64,000 nt of DNA from an uncultured cyanobacterium (GTDB lineage: Bacteria; Cyanobacteriota; Cyanobacteriia; Pseudanabaenales; Pseudanabaenaceae), in contig OY969811.1 in NCBI GenBank assembly GCA_963703315.1, positions 1,120,001-1,184,000 on the forward strand, read 5' to 3'. The notes beneath the pieces were generated by a model. It was not told the DNA's origin, searched no databases, and saw only the letters and a program-made list of their open reading frames with translations. Both the position numbers and the translations under genes were made by a program. Positions 11,709 to 21,437 of this stretch are shown piece by piece; position 1 is the first letter of the stretch, and each line of letters starts with the position of its first letter.

Positions 11709-13532
11709 ATGGCGTTAATAGTTCAAAAATATGGTGGTTCCTCTGTAGCCGATGCCGATCGCATTAAAGCGGTACGCGATCGCATTAAGCGCACAGTTGA
11801 TGCGGGTAATCAAGTTGTAGTCGTGGTTTCGGCAATGGGCAAAACCACTGATGGTCTAGTTGCTCTTGCGGAATCTGTTTCAACAAACGATGTCCAGACC
11901 CTTGCAGAAATAGCTGCGAAAGAGCGCGAGATTGATCTGCTCTTGGCTACAGGGGAACAGGTAACGATCGCATTGCTAAGTATGGCATTACAAGCAGTGG
12001 GGCAACCTGCGATCGCGATGAATGGTGTTCAAGTCCCCGTAGTCACTGAGCCAACCCATACTCGCGCCAGAATTTTATATGTAGAACCTGATCGGATCAA
12101 AGCTGCTCTGAATCTTGGCAAAGTTGTAGTGGTTGCAGGATTTCAGGGTGTAGCAATTGACGAAACCACAGGATTGCCTAGTACAGAAATTACAACTTTA
12201 GGGCGTGGCGGTTCGGATACTTCGGCAGTGGCGATCGCGGCGGCGATCGAAGCGGATATTTGTGAAATTTATACCGATGTCCCCGGTGTTCTCACGACCG
12301 ATCCCCGCATTGTTCCGAAGGCGCAGTTGCTAGAAGCGATTACCTGCGATGAAATGCTAGAGCTTGCTAGTTTGGGGGCTAAGGTCTTGCATCCGCGCTC
12401 AGTCGAGATTGCCCGCAATTTTGGCGTAAAAATGTGTGTACGCTCTAGTTGGCTCGACGATGCAGGTACAGTCATTACTTCACCACGTATCGGTACTGGC
12501 AATCTCAAATCTCTAGAAGTTAATCGGTTTGTAGAGACAGTTGCCATTGACTACGATCAAGTCAAGGTTGCACTTTTGCAAATTCCCGATCGCCCTGGGA
12601 TCGCATCTCAGTTATTTACCCCTCTTGCGGAACAGGGGATCAATGTTGACTTAATTATCCAAGCCGTACAAGCCACTGAAGGAGTTAATGACATTGCCTT
12701 CACGATCCCGAAGGCACAATTGCAACTTGCGGAAGTTGTGACCCGTAGCCTTGAGCTTGGGGCAAGCTTGGTAACGGTCGATGCTAACGTTGCCAAAATT
12801 AGCATTATTGGTGTGGGTATGGTTGGTAGACCGGGGGTAGCCGCCCAGATGTTTATGACATTAGCCGAGGCGGGGATCAATATTCAGATGATCTCTACTT
12901 CCGAGATTAAGATTAGTTGTGTCATTGCCGCATCCGATGGTGAAGCAGCGATCGCTGCTATTCAAAAAGTTTTTAATGTGCCATTGCAATCTTCAAAAAC
13001 TAGTGAACAAGACGATTCGCAAAACACCTCACCTGTGCGGGGAGTGGCGCTAGATCGTAATCGTGCCAGAATTGCCGTTCAGCAAGTACCCGATTGCCCA
13101 GGGATGGCGGCAAAAATCCTTGAGCAGCTTGTCGAACAAAATATTTGCTTAGACATGATCGTTCAGTCACAGTCGGATCGGGATGTGAACGAAATTGCCT
13201 TCACCGTTGCTAGTGCCGATCTTGCGAAAGCTGAAACCGCTTTGAAGCAATTTGCACCTGTGTTAGGTTATGGCGAAGTTTCCTGCGATCGCGACATTAG
13301 TAAAGTCAGCATTGTTGGCTCGAACATGATTTACCAGTCAGGTATTGCCGCCAGAATGTTCAGCGCTCTGGCAAGGTCAGGCATTAATATTGAGATGATC
13401 GCCACCTCCGAGATTAAAGTTAGCTGTGTGGTGCATGATAACCAAGCCGAACAGGCGCTCAAAGTTATTCATCAAGAATTTAATTTATCTGGCGATCGCG
13501 CGATCGAAGTGCCGAGTGCGCTCAAGAGTTAG
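11709..13532 (+). CDS. lysC: Aspartate kinase (cyanobacterial four-ACT type)
   Basis: MALIVQKYGGSSV, TTLGRGGSDTSA, DVPGVLTTDPR, duplicated ACT pairs (STSEIKISC / ATSEIKVSC). Confidence 0.97.
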   Translation: MALIVQKYGGSSVADADRIKAVRDRIKRTVDAGNQVVVVVSAMGKTTDGLVALAESVSTNDVQTLAEIAAKEREIDLLLATGEQVTIALLSMALQAVGQPAIAMNGVQVPVVTEPTHTRARILYVEPDRIKAALNLGKVVVVAGFQGVAIDETTGLPSTEITTLGRGGSDTSAVAIAAAIEADICEIYTDVPGVLTTDPRIVPKAQLLEAITCDEMLELASLGAKVLHPRSVEIARNFGVKMCVRSSWLDDAGTVITSPRIGTGNLKSLEVNRFVETVAIDYDQVKVALLQIPDRPGIASQLFTPLAEQGINVDLIIQAVQATEGVNDIAFTIPKAQLQLAEVVTRSLELGASLVTVDANVAKISIIGVGMVGRPGVAAQMFMTLAEAGINIQMISTSEIKISCVIAASDGEAAIAAIQKVFNVPLQSSKTSEQDDSQNTSPVRGVALDRNRARIAVQQVPDCPGMAAKILEQLVEQNICLDMIVQSQSDRDVNEIAFTVASADLAKAETALKQFAPVLGYGEVSCDRDISKVSIVGSNMIYQSGIAARMFSALARSGINIEMIATSEIKVSCVVHDNQAEQALKVIHQEFNLSGDRAIEVPSALKS

Positions 13533-13610
13533 AATAGTGCGGCGCAAAGCGTCGCCGCACTATTCTTAAAAACAAGCTTTAAGATAGGTACATATACCGC
13601 GAGCATTTCT

Positions 13611-14300
13611 ATGTCATCTGATAATTCAAGCGATCATCCTAGCAATCCTCCATCTGATCCCAAACAAGCTCCACCCGTACCAGAGAGTTCGGTTAAAACT
13701 TTTTTGGCTGATAATTTGCCGACCGTTACAGTTGCCATCCTATTAGCAGTTGGTGTGCGGATATTTATTGCGGAGCCACGCTATATTCCTTCTAGCTCAA
13801 TGGAGCCAACCTTATTAATTAACGATCGCCTAATTATCGATAAGCTCTCCTTTCGTTGGCGGAAGCCCGAACGCGGCGAAATTGTAGTATTCAATCCGCC
13901 AAATGTTCCAGGCGTAGTCCCCGATGCCACGAAGGTCTATATCAAGCGGGTGATTGGTTTACCAGGCGATCGCATTAGTATTCATGATGGCAAGGTGTTT
14001 GTGAATGATGCACCTCTAAATGAGCCATACATTGCCGCGCCGCCAAACTACACTTTGCCAACCCAAGATGATGCTCTTTGCCCCAATTGCTTCCGCCCCA
14101 ACAATGTGCAGTCGGGTAGAGATGCTCTATTCTTTACGATACCAAGTGGCAATTATTGGGTTATGGGAGATAATCGCAATAACAGTTTAGATTCCCATGC
14201 ATGGGGATTTATGCCTGAAGAAAATTTAGTCGGACGGGCAATGTTTCGCTATTGGCCCTTTGACAATCGTGCTGGTAATTTAAACATTCCAAAATATTAG
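13611..14300 (+). CDS. lepB: Signal peptidase I
   Basis: IPSSSMEPTL (catalytic Ser), YIKRVIG (Lys), GDNRNNSLDSH. Confidence 0.95.
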   Translation: MSSDNSSDHPSNPPSDPKQAPPVPESSVKTFLADNLPTVTVAILLAVGVRIFIAEPRYIPSSSMEPTLLINDRLIIDKLSFRWRKPERGEIVVFNPPNVPGVVPDATKVYIKRVIGLPGDRISIHDGKVFVNDAPLNEPYIAAPPNYTLPTQDDALCPNCFRPNNVQSGRDALFFTIPSGNYWVMGDNRNNSLDSHAWGFMPEENLVGRAMFRYWPFDNRAGNLNIPKY

Positions 14301-14369
14301 ACTCTCACTCCAGCCACCTCTCTTGATGGGAGAGGTGGAGTAAATTTGTCCTCTCATAAAAATTTATAT

Positions 14370-14948
14370 ATGTCTACAGAAAGTAAGCTCGATCCGCAAG
14401 TATCCGTCAAACCTTGGTGGCAACAACATGGTGAAACTATTCGTATTTTTGCTGTGGCTTTGGTGATCGCTTTCTTTCTCAGAACTTTTATAGTCGAGCC
14501 ACGCTTCATTCCCTCTGGCTCAATGGAACCAACATTACAAGTAGGCGATCGCATTCTCGTTGATAAAATCTCCCAATATTGGCAAGAACCTCAACGCGGC
14601 GATATCCTGATTTTCTATCCACCTAAATCACCTGCGATTGAGGATACGAGTAAGGCTTACATTAAGCGTTTAATTGGGATAGAAGGCGATCGCATTGCGG
14701 TCAAAAATGGAAAAGTCTATCGCAATGATGAACCACTCAATGAGCTATATATTGCGGAAGTTCCTAAATATACAATGCGTGAAGTGGTTGTTCCCAAAGG
14801 TTATTACTGGATGATGGGCGACAATCGCAATCACAGCAATGATTCGCATATTTGGGGATTTTTGCCAAAAGAGAATGTCATCGGCAAAGCGACTGTTAGG
14901 TTTTTCCCTTTTGGCGATCGGTTAGGTGAAATTAAATCTGATAAATAA
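14370..14948 (+). CDS. lepB: Signal peptidase I (second tandem copy)
   Basis: IPSGSMEPTL, YIKRLIG, GDNRNHSNDSH; ATG at 14370. Confidence 0.95.
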   Translation: MSTESKLDPQVSVKPWWQQHGETIRIFAVALVIAFFLRTFIVEPRFIPSGSMEPTLQVGDRILVDKISQYWQEPQRGDILIFYPPKSPAIEDTSKAYIKRLIGIEGDRIAVKNGKVYRNDEPLNELYIAEVPKYTMREVVVPKGYYWMMGDNRNHSNDSHIWGFLPKENVIGKATVRFFPFGDRLGEIKSDK

Positions 14949-14992
14949 TACCTAATTGTAAAATTTCATCATCAAGCAAGGAGCAAACAACG

Positions 14993-15718
14993 TTGACAGA
15001 ATCCCAAGAGAAGTACAGTCTTACTTCTAACAAAATTCAGTGTGGACATTGTGCTATCAAATCTCTCATGAGGATTATTTGTGAGGGAGAAGATTCATAC
15101 TTTGTCGGAGATGAAGAAGGAGATGAAGAATATGGTGGAGATGATGTTTATCATAAGTGGCAAATTTTGAAATGCTTTGCTTGTTCTGGAATAAATATTG
15201 TTCAGTACTCATCATCATCTCTGTGGGAATATACACTGGACGGTGAAACATTTATACGTCCTACCAATACTGATATTTTGTATCCCCATCAGATTAACGA
15301 AAAGCCGCTTGAACTGAAAATTAGCAATGAAGTAATAGAACGAGCAATTGCTGATGTGGAAGTTCTAATTTTATCCAGAGGAGCAGTTAGTGGAGTCGAT
15401 CGAATACACACTGCTCTTCATGGTTATCTGCGTGCAATATGTATTCGAGAAAATATTGTATATAGTAAAGATGACAGCATAGTTAAGCTATTCAAGTTAC
15501 TGCGTCAGCAACATCCAAAACTGCAAAGTACTGACCGCACGCAAGACATTGATCGTCTCCTTCAATCATTTGCGGGTATTTTAGATTCACTCAATCCAAT
15601 AAGAAATCATGCAAGCATGGCTCATCCTAACGAAAATGTTCTGGAGCGAAATGAAGCTTTGCTCTTCATTAATGTAGTTCGCACATTACTTCGTTACATT
15701 GACGAAAAGCTAATATAG
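14993..15718 (+). CDS. Abortive-infection C-terminal (Abi_C/HEPN-like) domain protein with N-terminal CxxC...CxxC
   Basis: 'VDRIHTALHGYLR' and 'LNPIRNHASMAHPNE' (R-x-H HEPN-like motif); CGHC and CFAC. Confidence 0.7.
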   Translation: MTESQEKYSLTSNKIQCGHCAIKSLMRIICEGEDSYFVGDEEGDEEYGGDDVYHKWQILKCFACSGINIVQYSSSSLWEYTLDGETFIRPTNTDILYPHQINEKPLELKISNEVIERAIADVEVLILSRGAVSGVDRIHTALHGYLRAICIRENIVYSKDDSIVKLFKLLRQQHPKLQSTDRTQDIDRLLQSFAGILDSLNPIRNHASMAHPNENVLERNEALLFINVVRTLLRYIDEKLI

Positions 15719-15872
15719 AAAGATCGCCTATCTCGTAAAATACTTTCACAAAATGCAACATATCCTACTTTGATTTGAACAAAAGCGCTCGCTTAAGCAA
15801 AATTACAAAAAGCAAATAGCATTTAGTTTTGTTTAATAGGAAATAATTATTACGGCTTACAAACAAACATTT

Positions 15873-16085
15873 ATGCCAAAAAAGATTCGAGAATTAAAGA
15901 GTATGTTGCTGAGAGCAGGATATACCAGTGAATCTGCAAAAGGAAGTCATTCCAAATGGTCACATCCCAAATTATCAAAAAAGATTGTTATTTCAGGTAA
16001 AGATGGGAGCGATGCCAAAACCTACTTAGAAAAGCAGATTAATGAAGCCCTAGAAGAACTCAAAAAACTAGATACAGAGGAATAA
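15873..16085 (+). CDS. hicA: HicA family toxin
   Basis: 70 aa, 'KGSHSKWSHP', adjacent to HicB. Confidence 0.88.
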   Translation: MPKKIRELKSMLLRAGYTSESAKGSHSKWSHPKLSKKIVISGKDGSDAKTYLEKQINEALEELKKLDTEE

Positions 16086-16090
16086 CAACT

Positions 16091-16321
16091 ATGCAATACA
16101 CAATTCTCATTCAATGGTCTGATGAAGATAACTGCTTTGTTGTCTTTTTACCCGAATTTACAGATGTGATGCAACCTTGCACGCACGGGAATACTTACTT
16201 AGAAGCAATTCAAAATGCTCAAGAAGTGATTGAACTACTAGTGGAGTCTGCCATAGAAAAAGGTGAACCCTTGCCCAAGCGCCAGAAATTTCAAACGATT
16301 CCAGTTTTGCAAGCTGCATAA
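16091..16321 (+). CDS. hicB: HicB family antitoxin
   Basis: 'YTILIQWSDEDNCFVVFLPEF...THGNTYLEAIQNAQEV...PLP'. Confidence 0.88.
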   Translation: MQYTILIQWSDEDNCFVVFLPEFTDVMQPCTHGNTYLEAIQNAQEVIELLVESAIEKGEPLPKRQKFQTIPVLQAA

Positions 16322-16423
16322 ATTAAAGCGATCTCCAATCTCGTAAAATGCGTCAATAAAATGTAACGCACCTTATTTTTGTTTCAATAAAAGCAATCTA
16401 TTTGGAGCAATTTCTGATCAGTT

Positions 16424-16526
16424 ATACCAAAACTAAAAATGGCTACGCCATTTTTAGTTTTAAAAACCCTTACTGGGTTTAGTTTTCAATTCACAAAAGT
16501 GTTGTCACATTTTCGTGAATTGGTAT
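16424..16526. mobile_element. Miniature element, family C (ATACCAA...TTGGTAT termini)
   Basis: Close copy at 37977-38093; partial reverse copy at 27881-27944; hairpin-only relative at 33256-33296. Confidence 0.7.
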
Positions 16527-16827
16527 TATTTGGCAATCGAGGAAAATTCGCAATTATGGCAGTTCGTCAATCTCGCTGTAGCAAAGAAAAGTTCGCTCAA
16601 CATGGAGATCTCATTTACCAAACTCAAATATGTCCACCGTTCAGATCAGATCATCACGGGAAGATTTGGGCGATCGCAAAGGTTAAAAATTATTGAGAGT
16701 TCGGGCATAATCAAACACAGCATCCGACCCGTGCTAAATTATCGTGATTACTCAAAACATCTAGTTGAATTCAGACATTGTTATCTTAGACGCAAGATTT
16801 CTATAAATTGAAGAGTAGAGAATATCA

Positions 16828-17988
16828 ATGACTTACAAGATTTTGGCTTTGGATGGTGGCGGATTTCGAGGTGTATTATCGGCAGTGATCCTTAAAGAAG
16901 TTCAGAACACTATCCAGCAAGAACTAGGATCTGAACATGGACTAAATGATTATTTTGATTTGGTGGCAGGGACTTCTACTGGCTCAATTTTGGCTACAGG
17001 CATTGCTTTAGGAATGGATATTGATCAACTCCTAAATCTATACAAAAATTGTGGAGCAAGAATATTTCCATCGCGTATTAGAAATATACGGAAATTCACC
17101 ACTCTTACGAGAGGCTTTTTCCCAGCATTTCTTTATCCTCATGAATCTAGCTGGCCTTGGCAAGATGAAGGACTTGCAACTGTCCTCAAGGAACAGTTAC
17201 AACCAACCAAGTCAGCAATTCTCAGTCAAAATTATAAGCAAGGCTCTCCAGTTACAATTAATGACATTGAAAAACCAACTCTCCTAATTCCTGCCTATAA
17301 CACGATCAAACGCAGAATAGACTGGTTTGTTAGCAATAACCCTAGTCAAAAGCCAATGTGGTATGACAATAGTGAGGTTTGGAAATTCTGCGTCTGCTCT
17401 GCCTCTGCACCAACTTTCTTTCCCCCTTACCAATTCGATACAAAAGTTGATTCTTCCCATCAGGAACGCACCTATATCGATGGAGGAGTTGCTGCTAATA
17501 ATCCCTCTTTACTGGCGATCTCTCATGCAATGTTTCTCCCGTCCAAAAATGTAGAATGGAATGATCGTAAGCCCCTAGAATTAAGTGATGTTTCAGTTCT
17601 TTCGATTGGTACAGGTAAACCTAATAAACCCTTTTCCTATAAGGAAGTTAAAAGCTGGGGCTTAGCACAGTGGGCAATGCGTCTAGGTGACCTATTTATT
17701 CCTGCTCCCAATGACGTGACCGATAATGTTGCTTGGCAACTAATTCGAGGAAATGATGGAGAGAATGCAAAGCGAGTTTTACGGCTTGACTTATCGATAG
17801 ACGATACTAAACAGTCAAAGGATAAGGAGTTGTACCAAATTGACAATCCAGAGTTCTATGATCGGTATGTGCAAATTGCTTCTGATTATTTGGATCATGG
17901 TAATGTCAATTTTGATATTGGAAGTGAGAAGATCACACCAAGGGAAGCCATCCACCAGTTTATTAAGAACAATAAGACACCTTGGTGA
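16828..17988 (+). CDS. Patatin-like phospholipase
   Basis: ILALDGGGFRG oxyanion motif, AGTSTG nucleophile, SASAPTFF, IDGG catalytic Asp. Confidence 0.92.
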   Translation: MTYKILALDGGGFRGVLSAVILKEVQNTIQQELGSEHGLNDYFDLVAGTSTGSILATGIALGMDIDQLLNLYKNCGARIFPSRIRNIRKFTTLTRGFFPAFLYPHESSWPWQDEGLATVLKEQLQPTKSAILSQNYKQGSPVTINDIEKPTLLIPAYNTIKRRIDWFVSNNPSQKPMWYDNSEVWKFCVCSASAPTFFPPYQFDTKVDSSHQERTYIDGGVAANNPSLLAISHAMFLPSKNVEWNDRKPLELSDVSVLSIGTGKPNKPFSYKEVKSWGLAQWAMRLGDLFIPAPNDVTDNVAWQLIRGNDGENAKRVLRLDLSIDDTKQSKDKELYQIDNPEFYDRYVQIASDYLDHGNVNFDIGSEKITPREAIHQFIKNNKTPW

Positions 17989-18031
17989 GAAGATTGCTTG
18001 AGCCACAAAAAATTGGTTCTTTATTGCACTA

Positions 18032-18078
18032 CCCCAGAAATGAGTGGCGGCGCTTCGCGCCGCCACTCATTTCTGGGG
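18032..18078. repeat. Family-B-like hairpin (GC-TTC-GC loop)
   Basis: ccccagaaatgagtggcggcgc-ttc-gcgccgccactcatttctgggg. Confidence 0.75.
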
Positions 18079-18157
18079 GCAAAACTTTCTTTGCTATAGC
18101 TTTGCTGTATAATTACCTCGCGCATCTGCTTTAGATAGTTAAAAACCAGCCAAATTC

Positions 18158-19600
18158 ATGACCCTTCGCATTTACAACACACTCACACGTCGCAAAGAAG
18201 AGTTTATTCCCCTCGAAGCGGGAACTGTGAAAATGTATGTTTGTGGTGTGACGGTCTATGACTATTGCCATTTGGGTCATGCTAGAGCTTATGTAGTTTG
18301 GGATATGATTCGGCGATATCTCGCGACAAAGTATCAGGTCAAGTTTGTTCAGAATATTACGGATATTGATGACAAGATTCTAAAACGAGCATTGGAAAGA
18401 AAAACGACAATGCAGGCGATCGCCAATCAATACATCGCTGCCTACGATGAGGATATGGCAAGGTTAAATATTTCTAAAGCTGATGATTACCCCCGTGCTA
18501 CAGAGACAATTCCCGAAATTATTGAACTCATTCAAAAATTAATAGATCAGGACTATGCCTATGCTGCGGGTGGTGATGTCTATTATGCAGTGCAGAAGTT
18601 CCCTAGTTATGGCAAGCTTTCAGGACGGAAGCTCGAAGATATGCAGGCAGGGGCAAGCGGTCGTGTTGATGAGCAGGAAGAACAGAAACGCTATCCCTTT
18701 GACTTTGCCCTCTGGAAGTCGGCTAAACCTAATGAACCTTTTTGGGAATCGCCTTGGGGAAAAGGAAGACCGGGGTGGCATATTGAATGCTCGGCAATGG
18801 TGCGATCGCGTTTAGGTAACACCATTGATATTCATGCTGGAGGTGCAGATCTGCAATTCCCTCACCATGAGAATGAAATCGCGCAATCAGAGGCAGGTTA
18901 CGGCAAAAACCTCGCTAAATATTGGATGCACAATGGATTTGTGAATATCGATGGCGAGAAAATGTCCAAATCTCTGAATAACTTTAAGACTATTCGTGAT
19001 TTGTTTGGCTATTTCGACCCAATGGCAATCCGTCTCTTTATTTTGCAAGCTCAATATCGCCAACCGATTGACTTTACCGAAGAAGCGATTAATGCTGCTA
19101 CAAAAGGTTGGGAAACGATTCGCGATAGTATGCTGTTTGCCGCGGATTTTGGAGCAGAACTTGGTTGGCAAAATCTGGAAGTTCCATCTCGGCAGGAAGT
19201 TGCTAAGGCAGTAGCAAATTTTGAAGAAGCGATGGATGATGACTTTAATACTTCCGTAGCGATGTCCCATATATTTGAACTGGCTAAAAAATTACGTGCA
19301 GAACGCAATTCTCTATGCTATTCAGGTCAAACTGCGGCAAGCTCTGAAGTTCTATTTCAAGAATGGCAAGCCCTTAGTTACATGACTAGTATTTTAGGAT
19401 TTGTCGCAGATATTAGCGATCGCCAAGCAGTTGTAGAGAATATTAGTGAAGCTCAGATTGAGTCTTTAATTCAACAAAGGATTGAGGCGAAGAAGGCTAA
19501 AAATTATCAAGAGGGCGATCGCATTCGTGACGAACTGAAAGCGTTAGGGATTACTCTAGTAGATCAAAAAGATGGAACTACACGCTGGCTCAGGACTTAA
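18158..19600 (+). CDS. cysS: Cysteine--tRNA ligase
   Basis: MYVCGVTVYDYCHLGHAR (HIGH), GRPGWHIECSAM, KMSKS. Confidence 0.98.
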   Translation: MTLRIYNTLTRRKEEFIPLEAGTVKMYVCGVTVYDYCHLGHARAYVVWDMIRRYLATKYQVKFVQNITDIDDKILKRALERKTTMQAIANQYIAAYDEDMARLNISKADDYPRATETIPEIIELIQKLIDQDYAYAAGGDVYYAVQKFPSYGKLSGRKLEDMQAGASGRVDEQEEQKRYPFDFALWKSAKPNEPFWESPWGKGRPGWHIECSAMVRSRLGNTIDIHAGGADLQFPHHENEIAQSEAGYGKNLAKYWMHNGFVNIDGEKMSKSLNNFKTIRDLFGYFDPMAIRLFILQAQYRQPIDFTEEAINAATKGWETIRDSMLFAADFGAELGWQNLEVPSRQEVAKAVANFEEAMDDDFNTSVAMSHIFELAKKLRAERNSLCYSGQTAASSEVLFQEWQALSYMTSILGFVADISDRQAVVENISEAQIESLIQQRIEAKKAKNYQEGDRIRDELKALGITLVDQKDGTTRWLRT

Positions 19601-19638
19601 TATAGGCAGCGCGAAGCGCCGCCTATATTACCTTTAAA

Positions 19639-20049
19639 TTGGATAAACCTATGGATAAATATCAACAGTTAAGGGATGTTGGCACAAATGGCGATAATTA
19701 CGATCTGAGTACTGAAGACCTCATTAAGCAGTTTCAGTATTGGGATGCTCAGTATGGCATCGAACTCAGCGATATTGAATTTGATACTGTGACCGTAACT
19801 TTTAATGAGCTTCCTGAAGATTTAACCGAACTAGCGATCGAGGTCTATGAGTTTTGTCCAGATACCATCGATCAACATTTTGGTTGCTTTGCAGATGCGA
19901 TCGCCGTTATGGAAGACTTTGATAAGGATGTTGCCGAAAATATCCAAGCATTGATTAAAGATGTTGATTTCAATGATGAGGATTATGGGTTTGAGCTATT
20001 AAAGCGATCGCTTGCTATCAATAAAGCTGTTGCTCTGTGGTGGGATTAA
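19639..20049 (+). CDS. DUF4253-like protein
   Basis: 'YEFCPDTIDQ' and C-terminal 'LWWD'; true start may be 19651. Confidence 0.7.
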   Translation: MDKPMDKYQQLRDVGTNGDNYDLSTEDLIKQFQYWDAQYGIELSDIEFDTVTVTFNELPEDLTELAIEVYEFCPDTIDQHFGCFADAIAVMEDFDKDVAENIQALIKDVDFNDEDYGFELLKRSLAINKAVALWWD

Positions 20050-21340
20050 CCAAAAGACTTCTTTTAATTCGAGATTCGATGACATGAGAATCAACGCCAA
20101 ATTTTTTGGCAGCAGCTACCATTTTAATTTGTAATACATCAGGATTTTTGAGAATAATTTTTTGAGATGGTGGACTGAGTTCTACGCCTAAAACCTCACG
20201 CAATTGATGAGCAACAGATCTGGCTAACAATGGCGGTACTGAGTTGCCAATTTGCCGAAATCCATGCCATTTCGTGCTGTGAAAGCGAAACCAATCAGGA
20301 TAGGAATGTAATCTTGCAGCTTCACGAACGGTGATACAACGCGGTTGTTCGGGATGAATTGGGCGAGGGGCGGTAAATGCACCACGATTGCTGGGAGTCC
20401 CAGCCCTGAGAGTATTGCAAATACCATCAGGATCAAGTTTTAGAAACCTACTAATTTTCTCGACTTCTCCATTGGGGGTAGCTCGAAAACGAGTGATCGA
20501 AGTTTCGCTATGCACAGTACCAATGCTTGAAGTCAATAACTTAGCATCATATTTGCGTGGATAGGCGAGGTTATGGGGATCGGGCTTTAAATTGCGTAAA
20601 TACTCGCTGTAGAGACTTTTCGGCTTTCGATAGGTTGCTACACACCAATCGCGATCGCTTAATTCCTTATATTTAGTCACATCAGGCAAATCGGCGATCG
20701 CCTCTTTTACGGTCGGACTATCTGGCAAATCAACAAGCTCTTTAGGAATCCGTTTGGCTTTGGCAGGTTTGGTAATTGGTGATGGGTATTTGGGAAGCTT
20801 TAAATCTTGGCGGCAACCAATTAGAAATAACCTTTCGCGATGTTGAGGTACACCGAAATGGGAAGCATCAAGAACTTGGTAAGGACTGAGAATGTGATAG
20901 CCACTCTCTTGAAAATTCTCGATGACTTCATCTAGAAACTGGCGATGATTGCCTAACGTCAAACCTTTGACATTTTCCATCACAAAATACTTAGCATTTA
21001 ATTCTTTAACCAAACGCATGAAATGTGACACTAACTGATTGCGTGGATCATCAAAGGCGCGTTTCCCCATCAATGAAAAACCTTGACAGGGTGGACCACC
21101 GAAGACCACATCCACTTCGCGATCGCCTATTTCTGATTTTTCACGAATTTCAGCCCCTGATATATTCGTGACACTGGCACAAATTGCTGACCACATTGGA
21201 AAATTATATTCATGGGTAGCACAATGGATTGGGTCGATCTCCACTGAAGCAAGTACATCAAATCCCGCTTGCTCAAAGCCCAAAGTCATACCACCCACAC
21301 CCGCAAATAAATCCACCGCGATCGGTCGTTGATTTCCCAT
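20018..21340 (-). CDS. DNA (cytosine-5)-methyltransferase, orphan; probable CGATCG/HIP1-associated DmtC-type
   Basis: DLFAGVGG, GGPPCQGFS, ENVKG, PQHRER, QIGNSVPP; no adjacent endonuclease. Specificity is inferred. Confidence 0.9.
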   Translation of the reverse strand: MGNQRPIAVDLFAGVGGMTLGFEQAGFDVLASVEIDPIHCATHEYNFPMWSAICASVTNISGAEIREKSEIGDREVDVVFGGPPCQGFSLMGKRAFDDPRNQLVSHFMRLVKELNAKYFVMENVKGLTLGNHRQFLDEVIENFQESGYHILSPYQVLDASHFGVPQHRERLFLIGCRQDLKLPKYPSPITKPAKAKRIPKELVDLPDSPTVKEAIADLPDVTKYKELSDRDWCVATYRKPKSLYSEYLRNLKPDPHNLAYPRKYDAKLLTSSIGTVHSETSITRFRATPNGEVEKISRFLKLDPDGICNTLRAGTPSNRGAFTAPRPIHPEQPRCITVREAARLHSYPDWFRFHSTKWHGFRQIGNSVPPLLARSVAHQLREVLGVELSPPSQKIILKNPDVLQIKMVAAAKKFGVDSHVIESRIKRSLLVNPTTEQQLY

Positions 21341-21396
21341 AGTCTATAAAGCATCTACATATCAGAATAGATACTCTATCCTATAGCGATTTGAAC

Positions 21397-21437
21397 ACGA
21401 ATAAAAAAGCGGCGCGAAGCGCCGCTTTTTTATTCGT
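21397..21437. terminator. GC-GAA-GC hairpin at the end of the permease gene
   Basis: acgaataaaaaagcggcgc-gaa-gcgccgcttttttattcgt, perfect 19-bp stem. Confidence 0.75.

Noticed and set aside
16439..16811. ORFs 16439-16696 and 16515-16811
   Set aside because: Both start inside the family C repeat, overlap each other and show no family motif; at most a decayed remnant.
16828..17988. CBASS system (CapV-like patatin)
   Set aside because: No CD-NTase or Cap2/Cap3 genes adjacent.
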